From Pilimelia sp. (GTDB taxonomy: Bacteria; Actinomycetota; Actinomycetes; Mycobacteriales; Micromonosporaceae), in contig DASQDS010000794.1 of NCBI GenBank assembly GCA_035634075.1, forward strand, positions 6,717-70,716: a stretch of DNA of 64,000 bases, written 5' to 3'. A program made the position numbers and the translations under genes. A model generated the notes under the pieces. That model did no database searches. It was not told the origin of the DNA and worked only from the letters and a program-made list of their open reading frames with translations. Positions 9,035 through 18,145 of this stretch are shown in pieces (the stretch's first letter is position 1; every line of letters starts with the position of its first letter).

Positions 9035-9214
9035 ACCGTCGTCCGCAAGAAGCGAATGGCCCAGCGCTCCCGCTTCGACGACGCCGCCCCCTACGACGGC
9101 GGCGTGGGCATCGGCTTCGCCACCTACGGCTGCACGTCCGGCTTCGGCGTCCGGAACGCCACCACCGGCGCCGGCTACCTCCTCACCGCCGAGCACTGCG
9201 GACCGGTCGGCTGA
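9035..9214 (+). pseudogene. Remnant of an S1 (streptogrisin/alpha-lytic type) serine protease, with only the start of the mature domain up to the catalytic His
   Basis: The translation PYDGGVGIGFATYGCTSGFGVRNATTGAGYLLTAEHCGPVG* has the CSxGF and TA(G/E)HC motifs of chymotrypsin-fold S1E proteases. It stops right after the His motif, and no continuation was seen in the other frames. There is no propeptide. The N-terminal part of the ORF-track call (8897-) is occupied by the terminator palindrome. Confidence 0.5.
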
Positions 9215-9633
9215 GCACGTCGCCGAACCGCTCGGCCATGGTCGCTTCCCCCGCCACCCGACGAACGCCCTCCCCGCGGCGCGCCTCGATGCTTGCACAT
9301 GTGACGTCACAGAGTGATCTCACGCGGGCGCAATGTGAGGCTCGCCATGGGGCGGCGTCGTCCGAAGGCGATCGGACTCTACTGCCGCACCGGCAGCCGG
9401 CCCACCGTCGCAGGCCCCGGTGTCGATCCGGGCGGGCCGCCGGTATGAGGGGCGGCTGGACAGCCAACGTCCGCCTGCGGTGCACTTCCACAACGGATGG
9501 CGGCGACGGGGCTACCCATCGGGTCGCTTCATCGGTACGGGGCTACCGTAGGGAACGTCTTTCCCCGCCACAACGCCATTTCGGGGCGGGCTGGCGGAGC
9601 GGCCCGCGCCGATGCCGGCGCACCGACCACCGG

Positions 9634-9673
9634 TTACGCCGGCTCAGCGCAGCTTACGCCGGCTCAGCGCAGC
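9634..9673. repeat. Perfect 20-bp tandem duplication (ttacgccggctcagcgcagc x2) spanning the stop codon of the 9664-10752 gene
   Basis: Direct reading: 9634-9653 is identical to 9654-9673. Confidence 0.95.
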
Positions 9674-10752
9674 CGTGGCCGGGCCAGCCGGAACAGCGCG
9701 ACCGTAATCGTGCGGCTGAGCGCATCGCCGGTCCCGTCGAGCTGGACGGCGGCGGAAAAGGTGCCGGCCGGTGCCCAGACGGACAGCACCCGGCTGCCCT
9801 CGTCCGGGGCCCAGAGCGCCCGCATGCGGTCGACAGTCAACCGGACGTCGCCCGTTCCCGGGTAATACCGGCGCGGCCCGGAGGTCATGTCGATAAGCAC
9901 CTCGCCCTTGCCGCCGGCGAACCGGTACTCGCAGGAGTCCACTGCCGAGATCCGCCGGCCGGCCACCGTGTACCGGCGCCCGACGGTGGCTGACACGGCG
10001 GCGGAAACCTGCGCCGCGCTGAGGAAGCGGCAGTGGGAGCCGGGAGCGTCCGGGTCATCGGGCGACCGGGTGGGCGGCCGCGGTGGAGGCGGTTTCTTGT
10101 GACCCAGGCACAGCACGACCGTATGGTCCGCGACGGCGCGTCGAGGGTCTGACGAGCGCCACGACCACGCGTTCTGGTCGACGGCGGCCGGGACGCCCTC
10201 GCAGGGCTTGTCGAACTGGACTTCGAGCCGGCCCACATCGCTGCGGCGATGCAGGACGCGCAAGTTCGCCCGCGGGTCGGCGCAGTCCAGCCGCAGCGGC
10301 TCCGCCCCCCGCGGCGGCAACCTCTTCTTGAAGACGCAATCACCCTTGCGGGCGCCGTTCATCGCGGTCGTCGGGTCGACGTCCGACCGGCCCAGACACA
10401 GCACCTCGTGCCCCACCGGGAGATCGAGCGACGCTCCGGCGACATCCGCGCAGGACCAGTCGGCGCGGTCCGCGTCGGACACGGCGAGCACCCGGTAGCG
10501 GGCGGCCGGTCCGCCGCATGGCACCAGCCGGTACGGCGGGGTGCGGGGGTACGCGTCCGCCGCGCAGTCGCCGGTTGCCGCGCGTTCGATGCTGTCCCGG
10601 GTGGCATGGCGGCACCACACCACCCCGACGGTCACCACCGCCGGGAGCAGCACCAGACCCCTCACCGGCGCGGGCTCGGCCAGCGAACCACCACCGACCG
10701 TCCGCCGTGGACGCCCACCCGACGCGCCTACGGACGGCGCCAACGCCGCCAC
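9664..10752 (-). CDS. Secreted or membrane-anchored hypothetical protein with repeated GDC...C...Y/LxV modules (LppU/SCO3897-like repeats)
   Basis: N-terminal TM/signal segment GLVLLPAVVTVGVVW. Two modules are ATGDCAADAY..LVPCGGPAARYRVLAV and KGDCVFKK..LRLDCADPRANLRVLH. A Pro-rich linker and a C-terminal domain follow. The start is uncertain. Confidence 0.7.
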   Translation of the reverse strand: MAALAPSVGASGGRPRRTVGGGSLAEPAPVRGLVLLPAVVTVGVVWCRHATRDSIERAATGDCAADAYPRTPPYRLVPCGGPAARYRVLAVSDADRADWSCADVAGASLDLPVGHEVLCLGRSDVDPTTAMNGARKGDCVFKKRLPPRGAEPLRLDCADPRANLRVLHRRSDVGRLEVQFDKPCEGVPAAVDQNAWSWRSSDPRRAVADHTVVLCLGHKKPPPPRPPTRSPDDPDAPGSHCRFLSAAQVSAAVSATVGRRYTVAGRRISAVDSCEYRFAGGKGEVLIDMTSGPRRYYPGTGDVRLTVDRMRALWAPDEGSRVLSVWAPAGTFSAAVQLDGTGDALSRTITVALFRLARPRLR

Positions 10753-10785
10753 CCCGGCCGCGGCACGCGCCCCGCCGCAGACGGC

Positions 10786-11565
10786 TCAGGCCGCCGGCAA
10801 CGAGGCGGCGAGCCGCGTGAGCGCTTCGGCTGCGCCGGTGGTCAGGGGGGCGCCGTGCCCGGGCAGGATCGCCCGGACGTCCAGGGCGGCCAGTTTCCGT
10901 ACGGATGCCGCCGCCTGCGCGGCGTCGGCGGTGTACTGGGGGTCCGGCCCGGTCAGCCCGCCGTTCGTCCGCAGGGCGTCGCCGGCCACCAGGACCCCCG
11001 TCGAGGGATCGAACACCGCGACGTGGCCCGCCGTGTGCCCGGGTGTCGCGACGATCTGCAGACCGAAGACCTCCGTGCCGTCGTTGACCGGCTTGAGCGG
11101 CGTAGCGGAGTTGATGGCTGAGATGTCCGCCTGGCCCGCGTACAGCGACGCGGACACCAGCGGCGCCACGCCGGCCAAACCGCCGACATGATCTTGATGC
11201 TGATGGGTGAGGATGATGTGCCGAACGGCGTCCCACCCCGACCCGGCGGCTTTCAGCGCCGCCCCGATGGGTTCGGCGGACCCGTCCGTCCCCAGATCCA
11301 CCACGGCGGCCTCCGTACCGCGGAGCAGCACGTAGGCGGACACGAAAGACAGCTCGACGCGGCGCCAGTCCCCGGCCACCGTCCCGGCCGGTCCCTGCGG
11401 CGAACCGCCGTCGGGCGCGCCCCCGGAGCCGGTGGGCGTGGCGCCCTCCCCGGTCCCGTCCCCACCGGACGAGCACCCCGGCACCGTCGTCACTACCGCG
11501 ATGCCGAGCACCGCCGAGCTGGCGCCGAACAACAGGCGCCGGCGGGTGATTCCCATCTCGCTCAT
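10786..11565 (-). CDS. MBL-fold metallo-hydrolase, Tat-signal lipoprotein
   Basis: MSEMGITRRRLLFGASSAVLGIAVVTTVPGC (twin-arginine plus lipobox). HQHQDHVGG (HxHxDH zinc motif). GAGGTAGG RBS. Confidence 0.9.
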   Translation of the reverse strand: MSEMGITRRRLLFGASSAVLGIAVVTTVPGCSSGGDGTGEGATPTGSGGAPDGGSPQGPAGTVAGDWRRVELSFVSAYVLLRGTEAAVVDLGTDGSAEPIGAALKAAGSGWDAVRHIILTHQHQDHVGGLAGVAPLVSASLYAGQADISAINSATPLKPVNDGTEVFGLQIVATPGHTAGHVAVFDPSTGVLVAGDALRTNGGLTGPDPQYTADAAQAAASVRKLAALDVRAILPGHGAPLTTGAAEALTRLAASLPAA

Positions 11566-11732
11566 CCCCCATGCCTACCTCGCGGCCGAACAATCGTCAC
11601 CTCGCCGGGCCGTCACCTCCGCCCGCCGCTGACCACGGAGTCGGGCCTGCCCGAGAGGCCTGAGCCCCGAAGCCGAGAAGACGGCTGCCGTCAAATTCTC
11701 AGATCGCGCAGGAGCCGGCCGATCGGGAGGAT

Positions 11733-13694
11733 GTGCCGGATCAGGTCTTTTTGCTGGCGAACATGGTGATCGCGGCCGCGTACGCCTCGATCACCGTGGC
11801 GATCGTCGTCCCGGTCACTCGGGCTGGGCAGCTGCGCACCAACAAGCTCGCCGCCGCCACCGCGATGATCTTTTTCAGCTGCGCGGTGGGACACGCTCTG
11901 CACGCCGTGATGGCGTACCTAACCATCATGAAAAGCCCAGAACTGCATCATATGCGGCCTGACGCGGCCGGCTGGTCGTGGACGGCCGCCATCTGGGACG
12001 TCTGCACTGCCGGCGTGGGCATCTACTACTGGAGCTTGCGACGGGGATACCGGGTCCTCCTGGGCGAGGGTGCCATCTACGTCGACCCCTGGGGCCAACA
12101 CCGGCTGGATGCGGCAGCCGCCCGCGAACGCGCGGCGCAGGAGCTGGCCGAGGCGCAACGCGCCACGCTGGCCACCGTGGTCGAGCAGAGCGACGACGCC
12201 ATCGTCGGCCTGACACCCGAGGGGCTCATCACCGCCTGGAACCACGGCGCGGAAAAGCTGTTCGGCTACACCGCCGCGGAGATGTTGGGCCAACCCGCCA
12301 CCATGCTCGCCGACCAGGCGGGCGCCGATCACCAGACAGACGTGCTGACCCGCATCCGCCACGGCGAGGGCAGCATGTCCTACGAGGCCCGGCGGCTGCG
12401 GAAGGACGGCACCTCGGTGGATCTCGGGCTGACGATCACTCCGATCCTGGACCAGGGCAGCACCGTGATCGGCGTTTCGGCCATCGCCCGCGACATCACC
12501 GCGGCGAAGGAGGCCGCCGAACGGCAACGCGCCATCGAGGAACGCACCAACCAGGCTCGGCGGATGGAGAGCCTCGGCAAGCTGGCCGGCGGTGTCGCGC
12601 ACGACTTCAACAACATCCTGGCGATCATCGCCAATTACACCGATTTCGCGATCGAGGAAAGCGCCGACAAACCGCAGGTCCAGGCCGACCTGACGCAGGC
12701 ACGCAGGGCGGTGGAACGCGCAACGAACCTGACCAGGCAACTGCTCACGTTCACCCGCGGCGACGTCATCCAGCCACACGACCTCGACCTGAACGCCTCG
12801 ATCGCCGAGGCCTACGCAATGCTGAAACGCACCATCGGTGAACACATCACCGTGATCGCCAAGCCCTCGGCGCAGCCGCTGACCGTGCACGCCGATCCCG
12901 GACAGCTCCAGCAGGTCCTGCTCAACCTCGCCATCAACGCCCGCGACGCCATGCCCGACGGCGGCGCACTGGTCCTGGAAGCCAATACCGCCATGCTCGA
13001 CGGCAACGAATACAACATGCAGCCGCCGCTGACTGCGGGGACCTACGCCCGGCTCCTGGTCAGCGACACCGGCCACGGCATGTCAGCCGAAATCGCCGCG
13101 CGCATGTTCGAACCGTTCTACACGACCAAGCCCCAGGGCCGGGGCACCGGGCTCGGCCTGGCGACCGTCTACGGCATCGTCACCGAGGCCGGCGGCAGCA
13201 TCAACGTCTACTCCGAGCGTGACATCGGCACCACCTTCCGCATCTACCTGCCGCTGGTCGCAGCCACTGCCCGCACCGAGACCGGCACGACCGTGCAGGC
13301 GCCGCCACCCGGCAACGGCAGCACCGTGCTCGTCGTCGAAGACGAGGCCGCCCTCGCCCGCGTCGTCACCCGCATCCTGACCAACGGCGGCTATCACGTC
13401 CTCGCCGCCGGGACCGGCCCGCAGGCCCTGGCCCTGTATGAACAACACGGCTGCGACATACTGCTGACCGATGTGATCATGCCCGAGATGTCCGGGCCCC
13501 GACTGGCTGCGATGCTGCACGACCGCGATCCGCACCTGCCCGTGCTCTACATGTCCGGCTACAGCAACGGGCTGCTGGGCACCACGCATGTCATCGACGA
13601 TGATGTCGCATTCATCGAGAAGCCATTCACCGCCGTCGAACTACTCCACAAGCTGGCGACCACTGCCGCAGTTCGCGAGGGACAGGCCCGCTGA
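11733..13694 (+). CDS. Hybrid sensor histidine kinase/response regulator with an N-terminal three-helix membrane domain, a PAS domain, HisKA-HATPase and a C-terminal receiver
   Basis: H-box GGVAHDFNNIL. N/G boxes LNLAINARDAM, DTGHGM and GTGLGLATVYG. Receiver STVLVVEDE...DILLTDVIMPEMSG...FIEKPF. PAS region IVGLTPEGLITAWNHGAEKLFGY. The start is uncertain (GTG 11733, TTG 11751 or ATG 11763). Confidence 0.9.
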   Translation: MPDQVFLLANMVIAAAYASITVAIVVPVTRAGQLRTNKLAAATAMIFFSCAVGHALHAVMAYLTIMKSPELHHMRPDAAGWSWTAAIWDVCTAGVGIYYWSLRRGYRVLLGEGAIYVDPWGQHRLDAAAARERAAQELAEAQRATLATVVEQSDDAIVGLTPEGLITAWNHGAEKLFGYTAAEMLGQPATMLADQAGADHQTDVLTRIRHGEGSMSYEARRLRKDGTSVDLGLTITPILDQGSTVIGVSAIARDITAAKEAAERQRAIEERTNQARRMESLGKLAGGVAHDFNNILAIIANYTDFAIEESADKPQVQADLTQARRAVERATNLTRQLLTFTRGDVIQPHDLDLNASIAEAYAMLKRTIGEHITVIAKPSAQPLTVHADPGQLQQVLLNLAINARDAMPDGGALVLEANTAMLDGNEYNMQPPLTAGTYARLLVSDTGHGMSAEIAARMFEPFYTTKPQGRGTGLGLATVYGIVTEAGGSINVYSERDIGTTFRIYLPLVAATARTETGTTVQAPPPGNGSTVLVVEDEAALARVVTRILTNGGYHVLAAGTGPQALALYEQHGCDILLTDVIMPEMSGPRLAAMLHDRDPHLPVLYMSGYSNGLLGTTHVIDDDVAFIEKPFTAVELLHKLATTAAVREGQAR

Positions 13695-13995
13695 ACCGGC
13701 GACGATCGCACACGCGTTCGCCATGGGGCCGCCCCCACCGCTGCCTCCGGCGTCATGGTCGACTTGCATCGGGCATACTGCGCGGTGGAGACCATGGGGC
13801 CCGACCGCGAGCAGGGCGAAGCCCAGCACAGCCGAGCGGCGGACCTTGATCGGTGGCAGGCCGCCGCGGTCGGGCGCCACCAGAGTCTGATCGGCGGACC
13901 AGCTGCCCGACGAGCCGGAGCGCCGGGTGACTTTGCCACCGCTGGGCAGGTCCGCCGCCCCTGCGGTGACCGCAGGCCGCTCGTAGACTCCGGGA

Positions 13996-15249
13996 GTGGA
14001 GAACAGTCAGGGTCAGATTCTGGCCGGCATATTGGACGCGGCGGAGGACGCCTCGCCGGTGGAGGCGGTTGAGGCGGTCACCCGCAAGCTCGGCAAGCTC
14101 GGCGCGCGTACCGTCTCGTTTCTGATCGCCGACCTCGGCGGCCGGGCGCTGGTCCGCCTGGCGCACGCGCCGACCGACGGCGCGGCGGCCGCCCGCCGCG
14201 ACGGTGACGAGTCCGCCACCGTGCTCCCGTTCGACGGCGGCCTCGCCGAGCAGGCGCTGCGCACCCAGAGGGTGCAGGTCGTCGCCCAGCCCGACGGCTG
14301 GACGGTGTGGGCGCCGGTGACAGACCGCGGTGAGGCGATCGGCCTGCTGGAGATGACCCTGCCGGACGAGCCCGCGGGGCAGGTGCTCGAGGAGATCGCC
14401 CGCACGGCGCACGCGTTGGCGTTCGTGGTGATCGCAAACCGCCGGCACACCGACCTGTACGAGTGGGGACAACGCGGGACTCCGTTCACCCTGTCCGCCG
14501 AGATCCAGCGCCGTCTGCTGCCGGCCTCCTTCACATGCGAGGCCAGCGCGTTCATCCTGTCCGGTTGGCTCGAACCGGCCGCCAGCATCGGCGGGGACAC
14601 GTTCGACTACAGCGTGAGCCGCCACGTGCTGCACTTCAGCGTCACCGACGCGATGGGTCACGGGGTGGCCAGCGCGCTGACGGCCACCCTCGGCGTGGGC
14701 AGCCTGCGCAACACCCGCCGCCGCGGGGCTGGCCTGGTGGAACAGGCCAATGCCGCGAACGCCGCGGTGGCCGCACACGCCGGCGTGCCCGGAAGCTACA
14801 TGACCGCGGTGCTCGGCCGCCTCGATCTGCACACCGGAGTGTGCGCGCTGCTCAACGCCGGACACGTGCCGCCGCTCCTGGTACGTGGCGGGGATACGCA
14901 GCCGCTTGAACTGCCGGGCAACTTCCCGCTGGGCATGTTCGCCGACGCCGACTTTCACGACGGGGAGATCGCGTTGCAGCCCGGCGACCGCCTTGTGGTG
15001 GTCACCGACGGGATGCGGGAGCGCAACGCCGCGGAGTTCGACCTTTCGGGCGCATTGCGATCAATCGCTGGATTGCACCCCCGCGAAGCCGTCCGGGCCT
15101 TGGCCGACGCCGTGCTGCAGGTGGCCGGACCGAACCTGGCCGACGACGCCACCCTGCTGGTCCTGGATTGGTACGACGGGCACCGCGGCCGCCGGCGTAC
15201 CGCCGCCGGCGCCGACACCCAGCGTGCCAGCGCGGCGCTGCCCGGCTGA
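13996..15249 (+). CDS. PP2C/SpoIIE-family protein phosphatase with an N-terminal GAF-like sensor domain (RsbU/RsbP type)
   Basis: The motifs GGDTFDY, VTDAMGHGVASA and VVVTDGMRE are typical of SpoIIE-type PP2C. An N-terminal region of about 170 aa precedes them. Confidence 0.9.
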   Translation: MENSQGQILAGILDAAEDASPVEAVEAVTRKLGKLGARTVSFLIADLGGRALVRLAHAPTDGAAAARRDGDESATVLPFDGGLAEQALRTQRVQVVAQPDGWTVWAPVTDRGEAIGLLEMTLPDEPAGQVLEEIARTAHALAFVVIANRRHTDLYEWGQRGTPFTLSAEIQRRLLPASFTCEASAFILSGWLEPAASIGGDTFDYSVSRHVLHFSVTDAMGHGVASALTATLGVGSLRNTRRRGAGLVEQANAANAAVAAHAGVPGSYMTAVLGRLDLHTGVCALLNAGHVPPLLVRGGDTQPLELPGNFPLGMFADADFHDGEIALQPGDRLVVVTDGMRERNAAEFDLSGALRSIAGLHPREAVRALADAVLQVAGPNLADDATLLVLDWYDGHRGRRRTAAGADTQRASAALPG

Positions 15250-15651
15250 CTACCCGCCCGGGACGCCGTCCACGGACGGCGCAGCGGCTTCGGCCGCCCG
15301 GACGTCGTCATAGATGTCGATCACCCGGTCCACCGACGTGACCTTCAGTAGGCTCAGCACCGCAGGCTGCACCGCGGCCAGACGCAGCCGGCCGCCGACA
15401 TCCCGCAGTGCCTTGTACATCACCACGAGTGCACCCAGTGCGCTGGAGTCCATGAACCCCACGCCAGCCATATCCACCACCACGTCCCGGTCACCGGCGT
15501 CGATCAGGCGCTGCAGCTCCTCGCGCAGCTGCGGGGCGGTCGCCATGTCGAGTTCACCGCGAACCTCGAAGACGAGGCAACCCCGGCCCGGCCGAGCCGA
15601 CAACAGCAGATCCACAACGACCTCCCAGCGCGGGTGATTTGCGACCACCAT
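15250..15651 (-). CDS. STAS-domain anti-sigma-factor antagonist (RsbV/SpoIIAA-like)
   Basis: LVFEVRGELDMATAPQLREELQRLIDAGDRDVVVDMAGVGFMDSSALGALVVM contains the phosphorylatable Ser in the DSSALG context. Its stop codon abuts the stop of the convergent phosphatase gene with no spacer. Confidence 0.85.
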   Translation of the reverse strand: MVVANHPRWEVVVDLLLSARPGRGCLVFEVRGELDMATAPQLREELQRLIDAGDRDVVVDMAGVGFMDSSALGALVVMYKALRDVGGRLRLAAVQPAVLSLLKVTSVDRVIDIYDDVRAAEAAAPSVDGVPGG

Positions 15652-15803
15652 ATGCGCTGGGCGGTGAAACCACCGTTGACCGGCGTACGCCGGGACGCAC
15701 CGAGCGGCCGTTTCGGCTCACCCACCGGGGGGTACGGCAGATCACAGGCGGGGGCAAAGATGAGCCGGCCTCGGTCACCACCGGGTCGAGGAGGATCTGC
15801 GGG

Positions 15804-16289
15804 ATGCGCGTGACGATGACGCTGTCGCTGCCACGGCAACCGTCCTCGGTGACCCGCGCGCGGCAGATTCTGGCCACGCTTCTCAGCCTCACGGACGCCA
15901 GCGAGGAGGCCCGCGGCCACCTCGCCGTGCTCATCTCGGAAGCGTGCGCCAACGCGGTGGTGCACGCCGAGCGCGACAGCGCCGTTGATGTGACCATCCG
16001 CATCGACGACCACGAGTGCCTCATCGAAGTCGGCAACCGCGGCAGCGCCCCCGCCGGGGTCGGCACCGGGCTCGCCCGCGAGCTGCCCGACCCGTTGACC
16101 GTTGGCGGTCGCGGGCTGCCCCTGATCGCCGCACTGGCCGACACCGCCACCTTCGTCGCCGGGCGATCCGGTGACGTTCTGCTACGCATGACCAAACGCC
16201 TCGCCGCCACGCCGGGATCGACCGCCCCCGTAGCCGCGTCCCCAGGTGGAGACGGCAATTTTCGGTCGCCGCAGTCGGCCGGGAACTGA
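15804..16289 (+). CDS. Anti-sigma regulatory factor / serine protein kinase (RsbW/SpoIIAB-like, HATPase_c)
   Basis: ATG at 15804 after a GAGGAG RBS. MRVTMTLSLPRQPSSVTRARQILATLL...ISEACANAVVHA...GGRGLPLIAALAD is characteristic of RsbW-type kinases. The upstream part of the ORF-track call overlaps the STAS gene and is rejected. Confidence 0.85.
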   Translation: MRVTMTLSLPRQPSSVTRARQILATLLSLTDASEEARGHLAVLISEACANAVVHAERDSAVDVTIRIDDHECLIEVGNRGSAPAGVGTGLARELPDPLTVGGRGLPLIAALADTATFVAGRSGDVLLRMTKRLAATPGSTAPVAASPGGDGNFRSPQSAGN

Positions 16290-16433
16290 TCGGCGCCGGT
16301 CGGACGCGGACCCATTTTACGCGGTGCTGTCTCTCGGCGGGTGTGAATCTCGGAGAGTTGGGTAGTCCATCCCCGCCGACGGCAACGAAGCCACCGGAAC
16401 AGGAACACCGACAAGCTTCAGGAGACTGCCCAG

Positions 16434-16742
16434 ATGAGCACGTCCAACCGCGGGAATACCGGCACCAACGTCGCGCGTAATCGTTCGCGGGGCGAGGAGA
16501 CCAAGCCCTCGTTCAAGACCAGTGAACTGGTCGTCTACGTGCTCGCCGTCCTTGGCGTTCTGATCGCCTCCCAGATGGTCGGCGACGGCGCCAATAATGA
16601 CGGCGGGGACTACTTCGCCGCTGACAAGGCGTGGTGGTACATCACCCTGCTCACCATCGGATATCTCGTCAGCCGCGGGCTGGCGAAGGCGGGCAGCCGC
16701 AGCAGCGACTCGGACCCGCGCACTGACTCGCACACCGACTGA
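16434..16742 (+). CDS. Small two-TM membrane protein (102 aa), hypothetical
   Basis: AGGAG RBS upstream of the ATG. Two hydrophobic helices are ELVVYVLAVLGVLIASQMV and WWYITLLTIGYLVSRGL. Codon bias is good. Confidence 0.7.
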   Translation: MSTSNRGNTGTNVARNRSRGEETKPSFKTSELVVYVLAVLGVLIASQMVGDGANNDGGDYFAADKAWWYITLLTIGYLVSRGLAKAGSRSSDSDPRTDSHTD

Positions 16743-16844
16743 TCCCCTTTCACCAGCGCCCCGGCGGGTTTGGCCACTTACGCACCATGGCCCCCGCCGG
16801 GGTTTCGCTGTGTCGTCCAGGCTGAGAGTCGGCGCCGGCAGGTG

Positions 16845-17834
16845 TCAGGCGTGTTGACGCAGGACGCCAGTGGAGCCGTCGTTGCGCTTGGCGGCCAGCC
16901 GGACCGGGTCGGGCCAGCGCACGTCGTGCACCCAGCCCAGCTTCTCGAAGATCCAGATGAGACGTGCGCCAGGGTCGAGCTGGCCCTTGAGGACGCCGTG
17001 CCGGGCTCCGGTCGGGTCGGCGTGGTGGCTGTTGTGCCAGCTCTCGCCGAACGACAGGATCGCCAGCGGCCAGAAGTTCGTGGCCTTGTCCTTGCTGTTG
17101 AACGGCCGCTCCCCGATGACATGGCAGATGGAGTTCACCGACCAGGTCACGTGGTGCAACAGCGCCATCCGGACGAGCCCGGCCCAGAAGAACGCGGTGA
17201 ACGCACCGGTCCAGGTGCCGGTGACCAGGCCACCGATCAGCGCCGGTAGGAGCAGGGAAACAGCGATCAGGGGCAGGAAAAGCCGGTCGACCACCCGGAT
17301 ACCGCGGTCGGCGAGCAGATCGGGGGCGAAGCGGGCCTTGTTGGTGGCCTCCTGGTTGAAAAACCAGCCGCAGTGCGCGTGCAGCAACCCCTTGGCCAGC
17401 GCGCGCACGCTCGTGCCGTAACGCCACGGTGAGTGCGGATCGCCTTCGCGATCGGTGAAGGCGTGGTGGCGGCGGTGGTCGGCAACCCATTCGGTCGGGG
17501 GCCCCTCGACGGCGAGTGACCCGGCCACCGCCAGGACAAGGCGCAGTGGGCGCTTGGCTTTGAACGACCCGTGGGTCAGGTGGCGGTGGAAACCGACGGT
17601 CACCCCGGCGATCGCAATCAGATATCCGACGCCCGCCATGGCTGCGTCCAGCGGCGACAAGCCCCATCCCCAGGCGACCGGGACTGCGGCGATCAGCGCA
17701 ATGAACGGGGCAACGACGAATACCCACAGCATAACGATGCCGACGGTGGAATGCGTGGCCTCAAACAGCGGCTTGGGGGCGGGAAGTGCGTTCGGGCCAG
17801 CGTGCGTTTCGGGGAAGGTGACAGGTGCGCCCAT
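16845..17834 (-). CDS. Membrane fatty-acid (acyl-CoA/acyl-lipid) desaturase
   Basis: The three His boxes HRHLTH, HRRHHAFTD and HNSHHADP are present. ATG at 17834 preceded by GAGGAG. The longer ORF-track start was rejected. Confidence 0.9.
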   Translation of the reverse strand: MGAPVTFPETHAGPNALPAPKPLFEATHSTVGIVMLWVFVVAPFIALIAAVPVAWGWGLSPLDAAMAGVGYLIAIAGVTVGFHRHLTHGSFKAKRPLRLVLAVAGSLAVEGPPTEWVADHRRHHAFTDREGDPHSPWRYGTSVRALAKGLLHAHCGWFFNQEATNKARFAPDLLADRGIRVVDRLFLPLIAVSLLLPALIGGLVTGTWTGAFTAFFWAGLVRMALLHHVTWSVNSICHVIGERPFNSKDKATNFWPLAILSFGESWHNSHHADPTGARHGVLKGQLDPGARLIWIFEKLGWVHDVRWPDPVRLAAKRNDGSTGVLRQHA

Positions 17835-18145
17835 CGCGCGGCTCCTCGGATTCTTTGCCGGCCACACGCGTAGGACGAATCCACGTCGTACCGGTGGCGG
17901 GCGAGTGCGGCAGATGAACACAGGGCCGCACAAGTCTTGACGGCCGTCGAGAACGGCTGCAGGCGGCCATCACGACATGAAACGTGGTAGCTGGGGGATA
18001 CCCCGTCATCAACGCGGCAAACAACTCGGGAAGCCGCGTCCGTTGAATCCGCGATGCTGATCATGCCCGCTCGGTCCAGGGCCTCGACGGCGAGCCGTCG
18101 TCCGGCCCTCGCCGCCCGCCAGCGAGATCGTCTGACCGGCCACTG

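Noticed and set aside
9300-9311. Perfect 12-bp palindrome TGTGACGTCACA, considered as a CRP/GlxR-type site
   Set aside because: CRP-family sites are TGTGA-N6-TCACA, and here the half-sites are separated by only 2 nt. It lies in decayed DNA with no downstream gene. I kept it only as a curiosity.
13753-14958. 401-aa minus-strand ORF antisense to the PP2C phosphatase gene
   Set aside because: It is an antisense shadow ORF with no motifs, and the plus-strand frame has clear SpoIIE/PP2C motifs.
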